Positions 1-13,992 of a DNA stretch of 64,000 nucleotides are shown one piece after another. The translations under genes were made by a program, and so were the position numbers. Where the stretch lies: NCBI GenBank assembly GCA_951406725.2, contig OX597818.1, positions 113,894,001 to 113,958,000 on the forward strand, given 5' to 3'. Numbering within the stretch: position 1 is the stretch's first letter; each line of letters begins with the position of its first letter. The stretch is from Octopus vulgaris (taxonomy: Eukaryota). Under the pieces are notes generated by a model. It searched no databases. It saw nothing but the letters and a program-made list of their open reading frames with translations, and was not told the origin of the DNA.

Positions 1-521
1 TATATATATATATATGCATATATACATACATATATGTCTCCTTAAGCGTTCAGAAAAATTTTACCATCGTCTTAACAGCCCCCATCGTTTGTTTTTATTG
101 TTTTGTTCTCACTGTCCTGTTCTTGTTACCACTTTCACCCTCCGCAAAAAATCTCAAATTTTATTTAATTTGCTTTGCGGGAAGGACTGTTTCAACGAAG
201 TCGCGTCTTGTCCTTACCTTTGGAACGCGAAGTAGTCGAAACAGGGACAACTGAAGAAGGGGAATATTCCTTGTGTTGTATGTCTTGTACTCTGTTTCTT
301 TCATTGTTTGAAAAAATGTTCGTTTCTATGTTTTTGTTTTTATGTTTTCGTTTCTCATTGTGTTCCACGTTTTTTTTATGTCCTGTACCCATACATGCAT
401 GTATATATACATATATATGTAGGTATGTACATATATGTATGTATATATGCATATATTTATATTATTTATATTATTATATGATCGAACGCTACGCATCCTT
501 TTCCAAGTAACCTTTATATAT

Positions 522-563
<42 letters not shown>

Positions 564-567
564 TTGC

Positions 568-760
568 GTTTGTCTCTCTGCACCGTTGACGATCGGTTTT
601 AATTTATTTATGTGCCCATGACTTACCGGCTTAACAAAAGAGACTAACACGATAAGTACCAGACTTTAAAAAAATAATTTCTACAGTTAATTTGTTCGAC
701 ATAACCTTTCAGAGCGATGCCTCAGAATGGCTGCAGTCCAATGACTGAAACCAGTAAGAG
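568..760 (+). mobile_element. SINE family A, 3' part
   Basis: Tail motifs GATAAGTAC...TGGCTGCAGTCCAATGACTGAAAC shared with about 10 other copies in the window. Confidence 0.7.
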
Positions 761-1168
761 ATCTAAGATGAAGCTAAGTAAAATTTATGTGACAGAGATT
801 TAGCTTGTATTTGCTTATTTTTAGCGAAGGTCAAACGCTGCAAGAAATTAGGTCAAAGACGGTGTTGTTATGAAGCCATAACTGTAACAGATACTTCCGC
901 AACTCTACACAGAATCAAGAGAAGTGAGATACTAGAAGTAATTAAGAAAATATGTAGTGTTCCTGTGACAGTAACGTTGGCGCTGACTAGAAATTTGGAC
1001 TTAACGTTGGGATTAGTGTCAACAAATCACCAGAGAAACTCAGCAACAGATTTTCTTAATTACTGTATTAGTTTCGTTTCGTTATATTATCAATTCCATT
1101 AATTTGTTTGTTCGCTCGTGTGATGCGAAAATATGAGTATGAGTGTCTGTGTGTGTGTGTGTGTATGT

Positions 1169-1226
<58 letters not shown>

Positions 1227-1414
1227 ACGCGCGCGTGCGTGCATGCGTAAGTGTGTATGTTTGACGTATAAAATGCGTTATATGTTATCAATGAAAAATT
1301 CGGCAAAACGAATCAATATTCATATATAAAGCATATCCCTTGAATGTTATTCGAGTATCCTACAATTTAAGCCACCCACCATGAACTATATATATATATA
1401 TATATATATATGTA

Positions 1415-1770
1415 CGAGGGGGTACATTCTCTGTGGGACAATCCCGTTGTAGTACAGGCTTCCGCCGCTAGAATCCACTGGATGCAACCCTCAGGCATCA
1501 GTCTGCTAACCGACATCGTCGAGTGACGATGTATTGCCATTTTTGAGATGGCTGAAACGAAGTAACAGCGAGCTTCCGTTAAATTTCGTTTTCTGCTGGA
1601 GAAAACGGCGGCCGAATCCGTTGCCATGCTTCAGACAGCTCACAAAGATGATGCCATGACAAATGTTGCTGCAAAACACAGTTCATGGGTGGCTTTCAGG
1701 CTTTAGGTCACTTGTCGCTTGAAAACCAATCTCGTTCAGAGCGACCGTTGACCTCCCGAACGAATGATAA
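1415..1770 (+). mobile_element. mariner transposon 5' fragment (decayed)
   Basis: TA-CGAGGG terminus; ATG at 1548 reads MAETK*QRASVKFRFLLEKTAAESVAMLQTAHKDDAM, resembling a mariner N-terminal HTH. Confidence 0.75.
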
Positions 1771-1792
1771 CAACAACAACAACAACAACAAC

Positions 1793-1832
<40 letters not shown>

Positions 1833-2151
1833 GTACTAACTGAATAATTTTATATAATGTCATTAGTACTTATGATCCAACAAATCCATCTACGAGATCG
1901 TGCTTCTTCCTAGATATACAAGCCAAATCTCCTTCAAATAACATCCTACCGTCTAACAACTGGAAAGTGTAGAATGGCTAATGGAGTACAGGTACACTGT
2001 CAATTTTCCGGCAACTGATGGTCTCTCTTAATCCAGACATAATTATGAAAGGTAACTTCAATTTTCCGCGGCTGTTTTCACAACACACATTTATTCATTT
2101 GTAACATACCATGGAGGCAATCTAACACCATGTGCTAACCCCCTAAGGATT

Positions 2152-2214
<63 letters not shown>

Positions 2215-2219
<5 letters not shown>

Positions 2220-2340
2220 TTATCTTTTTTTATAATTTTGATATATATTTAAATAATATAAATTAATTAATCTTATGTATTGGCTTAAGTTTTTCATTGT
2301 ATGATTTGCCTAATAGTGGTTTTATCTCTAATTTAATATA

Positions 2341-2344
<4 letters not shown>
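2215..2344 (+). repeat. fragment of the AT-rich HHR-bearing element at 31450-31740
   Basis: Near-identical reverse complement of ~31525-31657. Confidence 0.8.
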
Positions 2345-2410
<66 letters not shown>

Positions 2411-3751
2411 GCGGCGCAAGTTAATAGATAACTTACTTCAAATACAAGGAATATAATGTCCCAGGTCGCTAAAAGAAAAAAATAAATATATGCCCTTTTC
2501 GTTTTAAATATTCGCACCTTCATACTTTTTTAGTGAAGAGTTAGAAGAAGGTTTCCACTTTTATAGCAAGTTTCTTAGTGAATAACAAAATGTGTGCTGT
2601 GAAGATTAAGTAGAAAACGAGTTATCAGTAAGATAGCAGCAGGCTTCTAGGCATTTACCCTCAATTATTGTTTTCTGTCAATCCGGCAAAACGGATACAT
2701 CACCTATCCGAACGAAAAGAAATCTAATTTTAATAACTATTTTGTAAATTCATTTTAGAATTGAATGTAAAAAAATCTGCAAGGTATTTTTAAATGTTTA
2801 GCATTAATTTTTTTTATTGTTCACTAAATTCTAAAAGAGATTTTGTTTCTTTCTTAAAAACCAGCACCACATCTTAAGAATAATTAAAAAAATTTTTAGA
2901 AGAGTAACATACATTAGAATGCACATAAACACATTCAAACTTATACACATATATACACATATGCACGTGCGCGCGTGCACACACACGCACATACATTAGG
3001 AAAAATGGTAGTCAGATTGGGATAAAAACTATTTATTTATCACGTGCTTGGGCTCCTTAGTGGCAGACTTTGTATGTCACTGAGGAACCCAAGCAGGGCG
3101 AAATCACAAGATTAATAGTTTTTGTCCACTTCTTGACTATCTTCTTTTTCTTAATATGTAAAATCTGTACACCATTTCAAACAATCTATACATACATATG
3201 TGCGCGTGTGTATGTATACGCACATATGTGAGTAATAATGCATATACATGCTTGTTTATATACATACATTTGTAGGCACACATATATTACAGTAAATTAC
3301 ACGCAAACATACTTAACTTAGTAAGCCAAAAATATTAATTAATTAAAACTGATGAAACTGATTAAATACGGAATGCAGCGTGCAGTCTGATCTGTAACAG
3401 TATGGAGATAACTCTGTACGTGCTTTGTTCTTATTAGACCACCTCAGTGAAGCTTATAGTTAAATCATTATGACAAGGTCTTAGAGGACAAGAGAAATGT
3501 ATAAGACTTTCGTGAATGAATACTTAGTGGCATTATAACATTAAATAACGGTTGGTTTCGTAGTAAATGTAAATTACTGTGAGAGGGAACTAATGAGTAG
3601 GAACTCCAAACAAAAAAGATCATCGTTATCATACACCTTTAGACAAAATGCCATTGAACAAGTCGTTAAGTGAAATATGTTGAACCTGCCTCTTCTCTTC
3701 TTCACAGCATGCTTGCTAGTCAAGCTTATAATGTACATCAACATTAGTTTC

Positions 3752-3905
3752 TTAGCAGGTCTTAGACGAGTTACTAAGTAAATACGCATCCTTATTCAGA
3801 CGTTTGGTGTCAGCTTCAACAACATACGGTTCTAACTTGGTGTCAGGGACATTCCGTCTGCTCACATCGTTTACCTCCCAAAACACTCCCTTTACTCTGT
3901 CTTTG
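3752..3905 (-). CDS. candidate terminal coding exon, unknown protein
   Basis: Polypyrimidine tract plus TTTAG acceptor, then 50 open codons KDRVKGVFWEVNDVSRRNVPDTKLEPYVVEADTKRLNKDAYLLSNSSKTC*; no homology recognised. Confidence 0.25.
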
Positions 3906-3955
3906 CTAAAGTATTAAGTGGTAGGGAAAAGGTAGAAAAGCCAACAACATCGTTT

Positions 3956-3957
<2 letters not shown>

Positions 3958-4035
<78 letters not shown>
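3958..4035. repeat. (CT)n microsatellite
   Basis: Direct reading. Confidence 0.95.
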
Positions 4036-4038
<3 letters not shown>

Positions 4039-4349
4039 CCGCTCTCTCTCACTCACTCGATCTCTCTTTTTTCAGTTTCGCTAACTTCGATGTTAGCAAT
4101 TTCAAACCAATTTCATCGCTTGATTACAGTCACACTTGCGAACGTGTCAGCTTGAAGCAGAAATAATATTTCCTTACGATTTCTGCACATATGTTCCATA
4201 AAAGACATTAAATTGTCGCCCAACGTACTCGGTTTATTTCCAGGACTCCGGACTTGAATGTTAGTGAGAAAAGCATCATATCAATAACAAAAAAGAAAAA
4301 AGATATGTATGAAACCGAGCCAATAAAGTACCCTGCGGGTGTATGCGTT

Positions 4350-4540
4350 TATGTTTGTCATCCACCATCGCTTAACAACCGAAGTTGGCTTCTTTATGCT
4401 CCCATAACTTAACGGTTCAACAAAAGACCGATAGATAGAATAAGAGCCAGGCTTTAAAAAAATGTTCTGGGGTCGATTCGTTCGAGTAAAACCCTTCAAG
4501 ACGATTTCCACTGGCCGCAGTCAAATGACTGAAACAAATA
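4350..4540 (+). mobile_element. SINE family A, 3' part
   Basis: CCACCATCGCTTAACAACCG...TGGCCGCAGTCAAATGACTGAAAC. Confidence 0.75.
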
Positions 4541-5189
4541 CATTCCCTAAAGACTATTATCCAAACCGTTATTCTTTTAAGGTGTTTTCGTATCGTTTAA
4601 GAAGAATTTTGCCATCATTGGTACTGTTCCAGATGTTATTCTTATTGTATACGTTCTTGTTCTTGATCATGTTATTATTCTGGCTGCTTGATTTTTCAAT
4701 ATTCTCTTTCTTTCTATTTTTTATTTATTTTTGTATATCTGAATATCTTTCGGTCTAACTATCCAACACAAACATTCTCTCTCCCGCATACCCTCCGTAT
4801 ATAAACATGCATAAAGCAATTAGATAGATAGATGATAAATAAATAGACAGACAGACAAACAGACAGACTGGTTGACTGATTGACTGATGAATTGACAGCA
4901 AGAAAAACAAATCGATAGGTCTATGTGTATATGCATACAATTCATCATGTGCAACCGTTAATCCAGATATTTTTTTCTCTCCGTTTTTCTTTCTCCCCAT
5001 CTGTTTTCTCCTCTCATTTCTTTCTGCAGAAGACCGCAGGCTCGAAATGTCAAAAGACTCTTCCTGAGCGTCCAGACCTTCATTGTTGTTCCTTCACCTG
5101 TTTCAGTCCATTGCTTTTATTTATTTATTTTTGGGTGGGATCAAGAGGTGGTATTCATCAACTTTTAGACATTATATTATGACCATTTA

Positions 5190-5925
5190 TTTTTTTTTAA
5201 AAACAATTATAATAATATACATGTATAACAGATTATGCTTTACATATACAAAAATACCAGTTATTATTAAAATATATAACGTAGAACATAGAAAGTATAT
5301 AAATATATATATTTTCAGTAAAGCATAAATCTGAAAGAGAAGCACACTCTAATAGGGCAGTAGAGTATACAGATAAAGATAGATATGTAGGTCTATGGGA
5401 TTACCCTGAGTTCCACGCCCATAAAGCGCTTAGCTTTACAGCGTTTCTTCAGACCCTAAAACCCGTTGACTTTCTAACGAGTGGCTTCTCTAGAAAATGG
5501 AAGAGGAAAATACTTCGTTACTCTATGCCAATAACAGGGCATGGTCTCCCTTCCCCCACTATTATTTGAACATGTTGGCATGTGGATCCCAGGACACCAG
5601 CAGGAATGTCCTCAAGTGCAAGCATTCTAGTGAACACCCCTTTGCAGTTTATGTAGGGACCAGGGTTTTCTTAGTATCTCCCATGATATTACGTTTGGAG
5701 TTCCGTCGTCTATCAGCCGCCATACATGGCTGACGAAGGACGTAGCGTATCTCATTTCTGGGATTCTAAAAGACAACTTGTGGTTGGAGAAGCGCTGTTT
5801 GAACACGTTGCCGGAAAATCCCATGTATCTCCGTGCGCAGGTGCTGACAACTCCGTTTCTATTGCTGTATGTGCTGGTGAGGGCATCATTAAAGGTGGCA
5901 TTGGTGGTGTTGGGGCATAAATGGG
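5190..5925 (-). mobile_element. Penelope-like element 3' end (GIY-YIG endonuclease remnant plus 3' UTR)
   Basis: ORF 5627-5824 (Y)MGFSGNVFKQRFSNHKLSF..TSFVSHVWRL fits the PLE GIY-YIG pattern YxG...FKxRxxNHxxSF...TxLSxxxW; degenerate HHR downstream. Confidence 0.8.
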
Positions 5926-6790
5926 ACCAAGCGTTGTAAACTGTGCATAACCTCTTTACACGCCCTTAAAAAAATTGTAATCGTGTTACATGTATCCCAT
6001 ACTACTGATTTGTATGTGCATATTCCAAAATTCCAGTCTTATAGAACCTGTTAAAAGGATTTTGCTCCTGAAAAATGGAGGTCATGGAGCTCTAAAATGT
6101 GAGATTTAAGGACCCTAGTGGGGGTGGGGGTCTTAATGTCAGCCAGACAAGTTGAATTGTTGAGAATCTTGGGTCTTATATCTATTGTTTGAATTTCTTT
6201 GAAATAGGAAATATATGTTCACTGGGTTTGTAAAAGAGAGCAAAGCTAGATGAAACCAAAAGACGAATGTTCACAATAAGCAGTCAGCTACCCTACCCTC
6301 GTCGTTACCATTCCCAATGTAGGATTCCACACCATCCAGGTGACAGGCACAGCTGTAAGATGTATTACGAATCTATAGCAATTGGAAGGGCGTGAAATAT
6401 TAAAATTAAAATAACAATAAAATATCAATGATTAAGTAAATTGCAAAAAATAATAATAAAAACGTATAAAATAGGTAATTTTAATATTTCTATTATATGT
6501 AATTTTCTAGATGGTGTAATTTAATTGTTCATTTTGAATTGATAAAAGGTGGTTCTTTTCTAATTTTATATATATATATTATGGTTGTATACTGTCAATC
6601 TAACAAGAACGTGACAGTAGGGGGTACACCACCGTTATATAGCCCTAGGAGGCATCGAACGCCTCCTGACAGCTCCGACACATTTTTAGAAACTCAATAT
6701 TTCTTATTTTGATAATCAGTGAATAGACTTCACTGACTATAGATATATACGAATACGAAGTCGAGACAGATATCGCCAGCTGACCGGTGT

Positions 6791-6848
6791 CTGCTACTCT
6801 AGGCCGATGAAGGACAATGATCCTGAAACACGGTGTCCCTAGATGCAG
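6791..6848 (+). ncRNA. type I hammerhead ribozyme fold, core CCGAUGA
   Basis: ctgc-tac-TCTAGG ccgatga AGGA caatga TCCT gaaa CA cgg TG tc CCTAGA-t-gcag; predicted cleavage after GUC (6837). Confidence 0.85.
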
Positions 6849-7154
6849 TTCCGGCGGTTGGGGGTGTTTGTCTCCCCTTCGTATGTGTATATAAGGACAC
6901 AGGATAAAATGTGTCGAAGCTGTCAGGAGGCGTTCGATGCCTCCTAGGGCTATATAACGGTGGTGTACCCCCTACTGTCACGTTCTTGTTAGATTGACAG
7001 TATACAACCATTATATCGCTCCACCACCGTACACCTCTCTACGAGAGATTTAGAAACTCAATATTTCTTATTTTGATAATCAGTGAATAGACTTCACTGA
7101 CTATAGATATATACGAATACGAAGTCGAGTCAGATATCGCCAGCTGACCGGTGT

Positions 7155-7212
7155 CTGCTACTCTAGGCCGATGAAGGACAATGATCCTGAAACACGGTGT
7201 CCCTAGATGCAG
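7155..7212 (+). ncRNA. type I hammerhead ribozyme fold, second copy
   Basis: Identical to 6791-6848, 364 bp downstream. Confidence 0.85.
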
Positions 7213-7665
7213 TTCCGGCGGTTGGGGGTGTTTGTCTCCCCTTCGTATGTGTATATAAGGACACAGGATAAAATGTGTCGAAGCTGTCAGGAGGCGTTCG
7301 ATGCCTCCTAGGGCTATATAACGGTGGTGTACCCCCTACTGTCACGTTCTTGTTAGATTGACAGTATACAATCATTATATCGCTCCACCACCGTACACCT
7401 CTCTACGAGAGATTTAGAAACTCAATATTTCTTATATATATATTATATTGTGTGAAATTTGATTTAGTATTTCTAACTGAATTTTTTTCTTTGTAAGTTT
7501 GGATTTTATTCCCTCAAATAATAATTACATATATATATATATATATATATATATACACTTGTAAATTTAAAATAAAAATAATAAGGGTGAAAAATTTAAT
7601 ATTAATTTGATTAATATGAATTTAAAACCAGTGGTGTAGCATATAAGACCATAGCGGATCTTCTT

Positions 7666-7963
7666 CTAGCATAATGGATGTCCAGTTACAGTGCATCCCT
7701 CTCATTTAATAGTTTCACTATTAAAGTGAAAGCATCTGACATTACAATAGAGAGATATTTTGGTTTCACTTTTGACACGTAATACTGAAATCGTAGAGAA
7801 GATATGATATTGCTGTGGGCTCGCACTAGGCAAGAAGTTAACATTTTTTTTGCCCTTGACATTACATGGATCCTAAGTAAGGCATGTGTAAATTCTGAAT
7901 GAAATTGGTTGTGTAGTTCTCAAGTTTTAGGGATTCACACAGACAGACAGACAGACATTCTCA

Positions 7964-7980
<17 letters not shown>
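7666..7980 (-). mobile_element. non-autonomous Helitron-like element
   Basis: Minus strand begins TATATAT..GAATGTCTGTCTGTCTGT..AAAACT..CCAATTT and ends with hairpin GGATG..CATCC then CTAG; the base after CTAG is A rather than the usual T. Confidence 0.5.
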
Positions 7981-8002
<22 letters not shown>

Positions 8003-8004
<2 letters not shown>

Positions 8005-8528
8005 GGGAGAATTCACACACAAACAAAAACAAAAGACGAAAACAGGTGGTGTAGACAACAAACAGATGTATTAGTATAACGCTCGGGAGTTGAAAAAGTC
8101 TTTAACGTTTCAAGCCTACGCTCTTCCACAAAAAGGAACACAGAAAGAAACAAGGAGAGAAAATAAAGAGTATGTAGTGGCTAGCGATCTATCACGGCGA
8201 AGCTGAAAAGTTCAAAAGCTCCAGACGTCGTGGTGCAGTGGAGCGATTTTTCAACAGAGGAGTCCAGTGTAATCCATAGAAGTTCGGGTGTGATGAGAGG
8301 AGACAGGATCAACTGGTGCGACCACGTGAGCGTGTAATATATGGAGAATTCACACAAAAAAAACAAAAGACAAAGACAGGCGGTGTAGACAACAAACAGA
8401 TGCATTAGTATAACGCTCGAGAATTGAAAAAGTCTTTAACGTTTCGAGCCTACGCTCTTCCACAGAAAGGAACACAGAAAGAAACAAAGAGAGAAAATAA
8501 AGAATGTGTAGTGGCTAGCGATCTATCA
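8003..8528 (-). mobile_element. ~334-bp tandem element (1.5 units) with HHR-like motif
   Basis: 8003-8193 repeated at 8342-8528; motif CTTT ctgtggaa GAGC gtag GCTC gaaa cg tt AAAG on the minus strand. Confidence 0.65.
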
Positions 8529-8554
8529 TAGAACAGGAGCGAAAAGAAGTTCCG

Positions 8555-8662
8555 GGTTCAGTTCCAGGCAGTGGAACTTTGGGCAAGTGATTTCTACTAT
8601 AACCTCGAGCCGACCAATCCCATGTGAGTTGATTTGGTTGACGGAAATCGAAAGAAGCCCGT

Positions 8663-8720
<58 letters not shown>

Positions 8721-8910
8721 TGACTGTTTGTGTGCCTGTGTGTGTCTATGTTTGGCTCCCACCACTGCTTTGCAACAAGTGTTGGTTTGGTTACGTCGGG
8801 AAAAGAAGACGGATAGGATAAGTACAGGCTTTAAAAAGAATAAGTACTAGGGTCGATTAGTTCGACTGGAATTTCTTCAAGGCGGTGTCCCAGCATGGCC
8901 GCAGTCTAAT
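8555..8910 (+). mobile_element. SINE family A
   Basis: B-box-like GGGTTCAGTTCC, body CTTTGGGCAAGTG..CTCGAGCCGACC, internal (GT)n, conserved tail. Confidence 0.8.
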
Positions 8911-10074
8911 CATTCAAGCAAATTATGTGTGTGTGTGTGTACGTGCGCGCGAGCGCGTGTGCGTATAGAAGCACATCCATATATACATGTGTGAATATGT
9001 ATGTATATACATATTCAACATCTCTTCTCTTCCTCTCACTTTCTCTTCTCTCTGCCCCCTCTCACTTTCTTCCTCCCACGTATGGTTTTATTAACACATC
9101 AACATTATAGACTGAGGAATGTGAAACCAATTACGGAAGTGAGAAAATTAGTAATGCTTTATGAGTGTGGCGGAAAAAAAAGCTTGAATCCTCGAACGCC
9201 ACAGTAGTTGCTTTCGTGAGTGCTGAAGTTGTTGTTGTAGTTGTTGGTGTTATTATAGTTTGTGTTTTAGTTAATGTTGTCGTTGGTCTTGGTACTGTTG
9301 TTGTTGTTGTTTCCTCCACCCATGAAATGGTTTAACGAAACTGAGAAATGTCACCTTAACGTCAGACTTCGTTATTTACAGTTTAACGGAAAACGAAATA
9401 GTTAACCATATCACGTGCTACAATGATTTTGTTTTTAAGGATCACTACTTCGTATCTTTTACAGTGTGGAAGAAATATATTAACCATTCGTAAACACACA
9501 AAGACTCTTAACTTCACTTAAACATTTATCATTTAGTGTCAAAATTTTCGTCGCACCAACTGCGACCGGGTCACTGACATAATTTCACTGCATCTAGTTT
9601 GTGAGGTTGCTGGTTGATATAAATAGGTTCCAGGCAAGGCCAGATAAAAGCTATAAGTACTTAAGCCCATAAAAGCTATAAGTACTTAAAAGATTTTGGA
9701 TAAACCCATATGTATGTAATTCAAAATATAAACAATAATAAACTATCAAATAAAATTTCACTTTTCAAAATGAAGCAAGACTCATCGTAATATGGAAAAT
9801 AATGTTTCTTTTTGAATACTTCCCTTTATTTTTATTTGAAAAGTTTTCTCCTACTTTTTATCCGATACTCACTATTGCACCACGAACACTTCGAAATTAT
9901 ATTTCCGATCATATAAACCACTTCAAATATTATTTTATCAAGTTTAGGGTTATTTCTTTTGTGCCGTAAACCATTTACCATTTCTGTACTGTTCTCCTAC
10001 CCTTGATGCCCTAAGTACGTGCTTATTTCACTTAATGGTTAATCTAGCGCGGATTCCAGGATTATATGTTGTCT

Positions 10075-10114
<40 letters not shown>

Positions 10115-10122
10115 ACACACAA

Positions 10123-10190
<68 letters not shown>

Positions 10191-10194
<4 letters not shown>

Positions 10195-10472
10195 CAAGTG
10201 TCTTCTACTATAGTCTCGGGCCGACCAAAGCTTTGTGAGTGGATTTGGTAGATGGAAATATTTATGTATTTGTGTGTCTGCTTGTCCCCCACTATCGCTT
10301 GAAAACAGATGTTGGTGTGTTAACGTCTCCTAACTTAGCAGTTCGGCAAAAGAGACTGATAGAATAAGTACTAGGCTTATAAGGAATAAGTCCTGGAGTC
10401 GATTTGTTCGACTAAAGGCGATGCTCCAGGATGGCCGCGGTGAAATGACTGAAACAAGTAAAAGAATAAAAG
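10191..10472 (+). mobile_element. SINE family A (5'-truncated)
   Basis: GGGCAAGTGTCTTCTACTATAG..CCAAAGCTTTGTGAGTGG..GACTGAAACAAGTAAAAGAATAAAAG. Confidence 0.8.
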
Positions 10473-10478
10473 AATGTA

Positions 10479-10567
<89 letters not shown>

Positions 10568-10673
10568 TTAAAATAACTAAGTCTCTCTAAAAGAAAACAG
10601 CGGCAGCGTTCCCGGAAAATAATAGTTATCGCCATACTCGAACAGAGATTGTCGGAAGCGACACCTACTGGCT

Positions 10674-10726
10674 GGCTACGCTGCATTGAAAAGGGGCAAT
10701 ACCCCGAAACGCGTCTGTAGCTGCCG
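10674..10726 (+). ncRNA. type I hammerhead ribozyme fold, U3-A8 core (UUGAAAA)
   Basis: ggc-tac-GCTGCA ttgaaaa GGGG caata CCCC gaaa cgcg tc TGTAGC-t-gcc; palindromic stem III ACGCGT. Confidence 0.85.
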
Positions 10727-11035
10727 GTCAAGTAGTGTGGAGCGACTGACCTCCCTTGTTCGAAGGTTATATGGATACAGTTTGTGTATCAAATAGCTAA
10801 CTTAAGGCGATGGCCTCATGGAGCTAATAAGCGGACAGCTTTTTTCTTATTTTTATAAGAATGCCATATTAGTATGGCGATAACTATTATTTTCCGGGAA
10901 CGCTGCCGCTGTTCTCTTTTAGAGAGACTTAGTTATTTTAATATTTCTATTATTGAAAACAAGTGGATGTATTCCACCGAAACTAGGTAAATAAAACCAT
11001 CGAACAGAGATTGTCGGAAGCGACACCTACTGGCT

Positions 11036-11088
11036 GGCTACGCTGCATTGAAAAGGGGCAATACCCCGAAACGCGTCTGTAGCTGCCG
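11036..11088 (+). ncRNA. type I hammerhead ribozyme fold, second copy
   Basis: Identical to 10674-10726, 362 bp downstream. Confidence 0.85.
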
Positions 11089-11249
11089 GTCAAGTAGTGT
11101 GGAGCGACTGACCTCCCTTGTTCGAAGGTTATATGGATACAGTTTGTGTATCAAATAGCTAACTTAAGGCGATGGCCTCATGGAGCTAATAAGCGGACAG
11201 CTTTTTTCTTATTTTTATAAGAATGCCATATTAGTATGGCGATAACTAT

Positions 11250-12660
<1,411 letters not shown>

Positions 12661-12668
12661 ATAGATAC

Positions 12669-12712
<44 letters not shown>

Positions 12713-13477
12713 GCACAAATACTAGTCGGTTGTTCCAGTTAGGTGCTCATAGTTGAACAGTTATCTTGGCATTTAATTGTATTTCACATTCGATCTCAGA
12801 ACGAATCACTTGCCTGGCAAATACATCTGTTTTGGAGGAAAATACGAAATGAATGGGAAATAAGTCATGTCTTGAATTCTTTCTCACCGCACGTGCGTGC
12901 ATACGCTACCCATCACCCACCACCCAACATTTTCGTCATTTACAACCAGGGTAAGTCGATAGCCCTACGGCCGCTTAACGTTCCTGTCATAAAAAGCAAA
13001 ACGCCATTTCGCCAGACGCTTTAATGATACTGAGGATACTGAAACCTACTGCCGTGAACAGTCCTGCAGCATGGTACGGATTAAGCTACCTGGTCCTTTA
13101 CAGTTCAGTCCATTCGGATGTAAAAAGGCACGCACACAAACACACACACATACACACACACGCACACACACACACACAAATACTCACACATACACGCGCG
13201 CGCACAAGCACCACCATCTTACTCTTCCCATACACACATGAACACACGAGTGAAATTATATGTGGATGTTCGACCTGCTAAAAATTTCCTCAAACCACTC
13301 CCGTTCTCGCAAAGCAGTACCACATGGCGTTGGTGATGGTGGTAATGGCAGCGATTTTTGATGGCATAGGTCGTTGTTGTTGATACTAATGTTGTTAATG
13401 GGTTAAGAGGAAATTGTTCTACTACTTTTACTAGAAGTTCACTTGTTGATTCATGTGCTGTGCTAGTGAGTGTATGG

Positions 13478-13524
<47 letters not shown>

Positions 13525-13992
13525 GTGCGTGGTTAATACAGACCTTACCATTGTACAGTAAAGTAAAATTAAGACAATTAGTGTTTCTGGGATTTGCCGA
13601 ACAGAATAGATATATTTTATAGAATATGAAATTGAATTCTCTGCGCATTTTAATGTTTTTGAAAAGACTCATTTTTACCAATAATTAAACAATGATTTAG
13701 CAGTGATTAAACAGGGTCAGATAGGTGGAACCGGTGGAGCATGAAAACAAAACATAATGTATGTCGGGACACCTCATTATGTTGGTTTTTTAGTACTATC
13801 AAGGATTAAATTTGTTTTTCATTCTTTCAGGACCGGGATATAAACATCAATGAAGCGCGGTGTTGATAAAATATTAGCCTTATCCTCCCAAAATACATGA
13901 TCCTTTGTCTGGAAATCAATGATTGAACACACAATAGGCAGTGAGCAGCCGTTGGATTAAATATAATCTTTGAATATTTAGTTACATGAAGA

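Larger units (their letters stand above)
6581..7434 (+). mobile_element. retrozyme/pLTR-like element: inverted head plus two 364-bp tandem monomers
   Basis: Monomers start 6685, 7049 and 7413 (partial); 6581-6686 is the reverse complement of ~6907-7011; one HHR per monomer. Confidence 0.85.

Noticed and set aside
188-275. Hairpin CTGTTTC/GAAACAG followed by CTGAAGA and a stem
   Set aside because: GAAA and CUGANGA are not arranged in any valid hammerhead topology
6799-7375. Two duplicated 70-aa ORFs on the minus strand
   Set aside because: By-product of the 364-bp non-coding tandem; no recognisable domain
9644-9690. 25-bp tandem duplication ATAAAAGCTATAAGTACTTAA
   Set aside because: Simple local duplication with no further structure
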